NCBI GenBank assembly: GCA_050258755.1
Contig: JBLMZI010000009.1
Span: forward strand, 6,006-70,005
DNA length: 64,000 bases
Reading direction: 5' to 3'
Source: Solirubrobacterales bacterium
GTDB lineage: Bacteria; Bacillota; Syntrophomonadia; Syntrophomonadales; DTU052
Below are positions 62,555-64,000 of this stretch, piece by piece; positions within the stretch are counted from its first letter, which is position 1, and every line of letters begins with the position of its first letter. The notes beneath the pieces were generated by a model that saw nothing but the letters and a program-made list of their open reading frames with translations, did not search any database and had not been told where the DNA came from. Both the position numbers and the translations under genes were made by a program.

Positions 62555-64000
62555 ACCCGTTCGACCCGGCATGGTACATACCGGTGAATTGGCGTCGCCG
62601 CAAACGGGTCGCGGCTGGTGTTTTTGGTTAACCGGTTGACATTCACACCGTAAGCTTTTCCTTCGTACACGATCCCGAAGCCGTGCGGAATGATCACCTG
62701 ACCCGGCCTGGCATCGGGCGACACCTCCAGCTCGATCTCCTCACTGGCGGCTTCGGTGGTAATCCTCACCGTTTGTCCGTCAGTCAGCCCCAGACTTTCC
62801 GCGTCGGCCGGATTCATCGCCAGGGTGCAGGCCCGGCGGCCTTTGTTCCATTCCGGATTCCGCATCAGTGAGTTCGCGTTCATATCCATATGGCGGCCGG
62901 CCATGAGCACCAGCGGGTATTCCGGCGGCGGAACCAGGGACGCAGCTTCAGACTCAGGCGTTATCGAGTAGATCCAGTCCGCCATTTCCGGGATATGAAC
63001 ATGAACCCTGCCGTCTTCGGTTTTCAAAGCGGTAAAGTTGTCGGCTTCATCAGCACATCCGATCCATATCCCTTCCGGATGGTCCATCAGTGCTTTGAAG
63101 ATTTCTTCACCCATCAGCGGGCCGGGGGTAAATCCGGCGCGGGCCGCATTCGCCCTAAAATCTTTTGTCGTCGCCTGAAGCATGCCCCACAGCGCTGCCA
63201 GATTGGTCGAACCAAGTCCCCTGCCAAGGGTTTTCGCCAGGATAAACGGCATCATCGCGACCGACTTCGGATTCTCCTTGAGGTAATTCATCAAAGCCAT
63301 GCCAAACTGCAGCCGGTCTCCGGTACCGGCTTCAACCAATCCGTCGGGAATCGGCGGAATCAATCCGAGCCGATCCGCGAGCCGGACATGAATCTCGGAA
63401 ATTTCGAGCGGCTCCCCTTCCGGTTCGATCACCGGGCGCCGCATCTGGAAATAGACCTTTGGATACGTCATCGGAAAGAACGTGCCGTCCCAGGACTCGT
63501 AGGTGGACCTTGACGGGAGCACATAGTGCGACAAGACAGCTGTTTCCGTCATGGCGATCTCAGCCGTCACCAGCAAATCCAGCCGGGCAAACGCCTTTTC
63601 AAAGGCGGTCGTATCCGCATACGAGCGCAGCGGGTTAGACTGGGTCACCAGCACCGCGCGCACCCGTTCCGGGTGATCGGAAAGAATTTCCTCGGGCATG
63701 ACGTTTGGGGGGAAAACGCCCATAAGCGCCGGAAAACCGGTTGTAACCGTACGCCAGGTTTTTGAATCGGTTTCATCGGAATGGGACCCCAGCGGCATGA
63801 AATATCCCGGGATCACGCTGCCGCCGGGCACCCCAATCCGGCCGCAGATCGCGAGCAAAATGATTTCAAGATAAGTATTGACCGTACTATGCCGGCCCAT
63901 GAGTATGCCCAGGTCCGAGTGTGAACACCAGCGGCGCGTGGTCATCCACCGGCATAGTTTTTCGACCGGCTCATATTCCAGCCCGCACACCGCCAAAGCC
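62551..64000 (-). CDS. molybdopterin (bis-MGD) oxidoreductase-family protein, partial (N-terminus beyond window end)
   Basis: The ORF is open to coordinate 64000. The C-terminal half of a MopB-type enzyme ends in the molybdopterin-binding beta-barrel (GQTVRITTEAASEEIELEVSPDARPGQVIIPHGFG). The M at 63996 in the track is probably internal. Confidence 0.7.
   Translation of the reverse strand, partial: ALAVCGLEYEPVEKLCRWMTTRRWCSHSDLGILMGRHSTVNTYLEIILLAICGRIGVPGGSVIPGYFMPLGSHSDETDSKTWRTVTTGFPALMGVFPPNVMPEEILSDHPERVRAVLVTQSNPLRSYADTTAFEKAFARLDLLVTAEIAMTETAVLSHYVLPSRSTYESWDGTFFPMTYPKVYFQMRRPVIEPEGEPLEISEIHVRLADRLGLIPPIPDGLVEAGTGDRLQFGMALMNYLKENPKSVAMMPFILAKTLGRGLGSTNLAALWGMLQATTKDFRANAARAGFTPGPLMGEEIFKALMDHPEGIWIGCADEADNFTALKTEDGRVHVHIPEMADWIYSITPESEAASLVPPPEYPLVLMAGRHMDMNANSLMRNPEWNKGRRACTLAMNPADAESLGLTDGQTVRITTEAASEEIELEVSPDARPGQVIIPHGFGIVYEGKAYGVNVNRLTKNTSRDPFAATPIHRYVPCRVERV

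Noticed and set aside
1-64000. Searched by eye for rRNA, tRNA (T-arm GGTTCGAATCC-like strings), CRISPR repeat arrays, IS or transposase genes, integrase genes, phage genes, and long direct or inverted repeats bounding an island.
   Set aside because: None were found. The only repeats seen are the short ones reported above, so I do not call any mobile element or RNA gene. A tRNAscan, Rfam or self-dot-plot run would be the decisive check.

Overview
This is a 64-kb chromosomal segment from a visibly GC-rich, endospore-forming anaerobic Bacillota-type genome. Supporting genes include a SpoIID/LytB-domain protein, YmaF, ComFB, a DarA-like protein, a clostridial ferredoxin, an Ech hydrogenase, a CoA-transferase and beta-oxidation-type enzymes. 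I call about 62 protein-coding genes, most on the minus strand, plus about 14 intrinsic terminators and a few unexplained hairpins and repeats. I saw no rRNA, tRNA, CRISPR array, transposase, integrase or phage genes, so this looks like core or accessory chromosome rather than a mobile element.

Gene blocks in order:
- 1-2.7 kb: thiamine pyrophosphokinase, ferredoxin, TrmL, SpoIID-like.
- 2.8-6.7 kb: livK-H-M-G amino-acid ABC operon.
- 6.9-12.9 kb: six-subunit Ech-type group-4 [NiFe] hydrogenase echABCDEF, interrupted and followed by two paralogous AbrB-like small genes.
- 12.9-17.7 kb: YkgJ-like, acetyltransferase, RNase HI, ComFB, HAD, FmdB zinc ribbon, DarA-like, CBS pair, CPBP protease.
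- 17.8-22.2 kb: glycogen-type cluster (GH15, DUF4912, GH57).
- 22.3-33.2 kb: crotonase, lipoprotein and small membrane proteins, a CapA/RHH/membrane/papain-like cluster, a MoxR-VWA pair, MBL hydrolase, CoA-transferase.
- 33.5-37.3 kb: YmaF, CheY plus a CheX-like fusion, SDR, MarR.
- 37.3-47.6 kb: dense c-di-GMP and sensor block (ComFB-PAS, GGDEF, CHASE4-...-GGDEF-HD-GYP, metallophosphoesterase, CHASE4 histidine kinase).
- 47.8-64 kb: acyl-CoA synthetase, an unusual two-component pair, lipoprotein, PAS-GGDEF-HD-GYP, EamA, nitroreductase-like, Pcm, a 5-PAS kinase, TPR protein, and a truncated molybdopterin oxidoreductase.

Most interesting findings:
1. 50266-52265: a membrane histidine-kinase-like gene is coupled to a response regulator whose output domain looks like a RelE/ParE toxin fold, with no separate antitoxin.
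2. 34204-35466: a CheY gene is followed by a protein joining three tandem MshEN-type c-di-GMP-binding motifs to a CheX-type CheY-P phosphatase domain.
3. 6927-12870: the ech operon carries two paralogous AbrB/SpoVT-like genes and a structured internal spacer.
4. An overlapping CBS-pair/DarA-like gene pair and two ComFB-domain genes make the window unusually rich in cyclic-dinucleotide receptors.

All functional calls come from by-eye motif recognition. No database search was possible.
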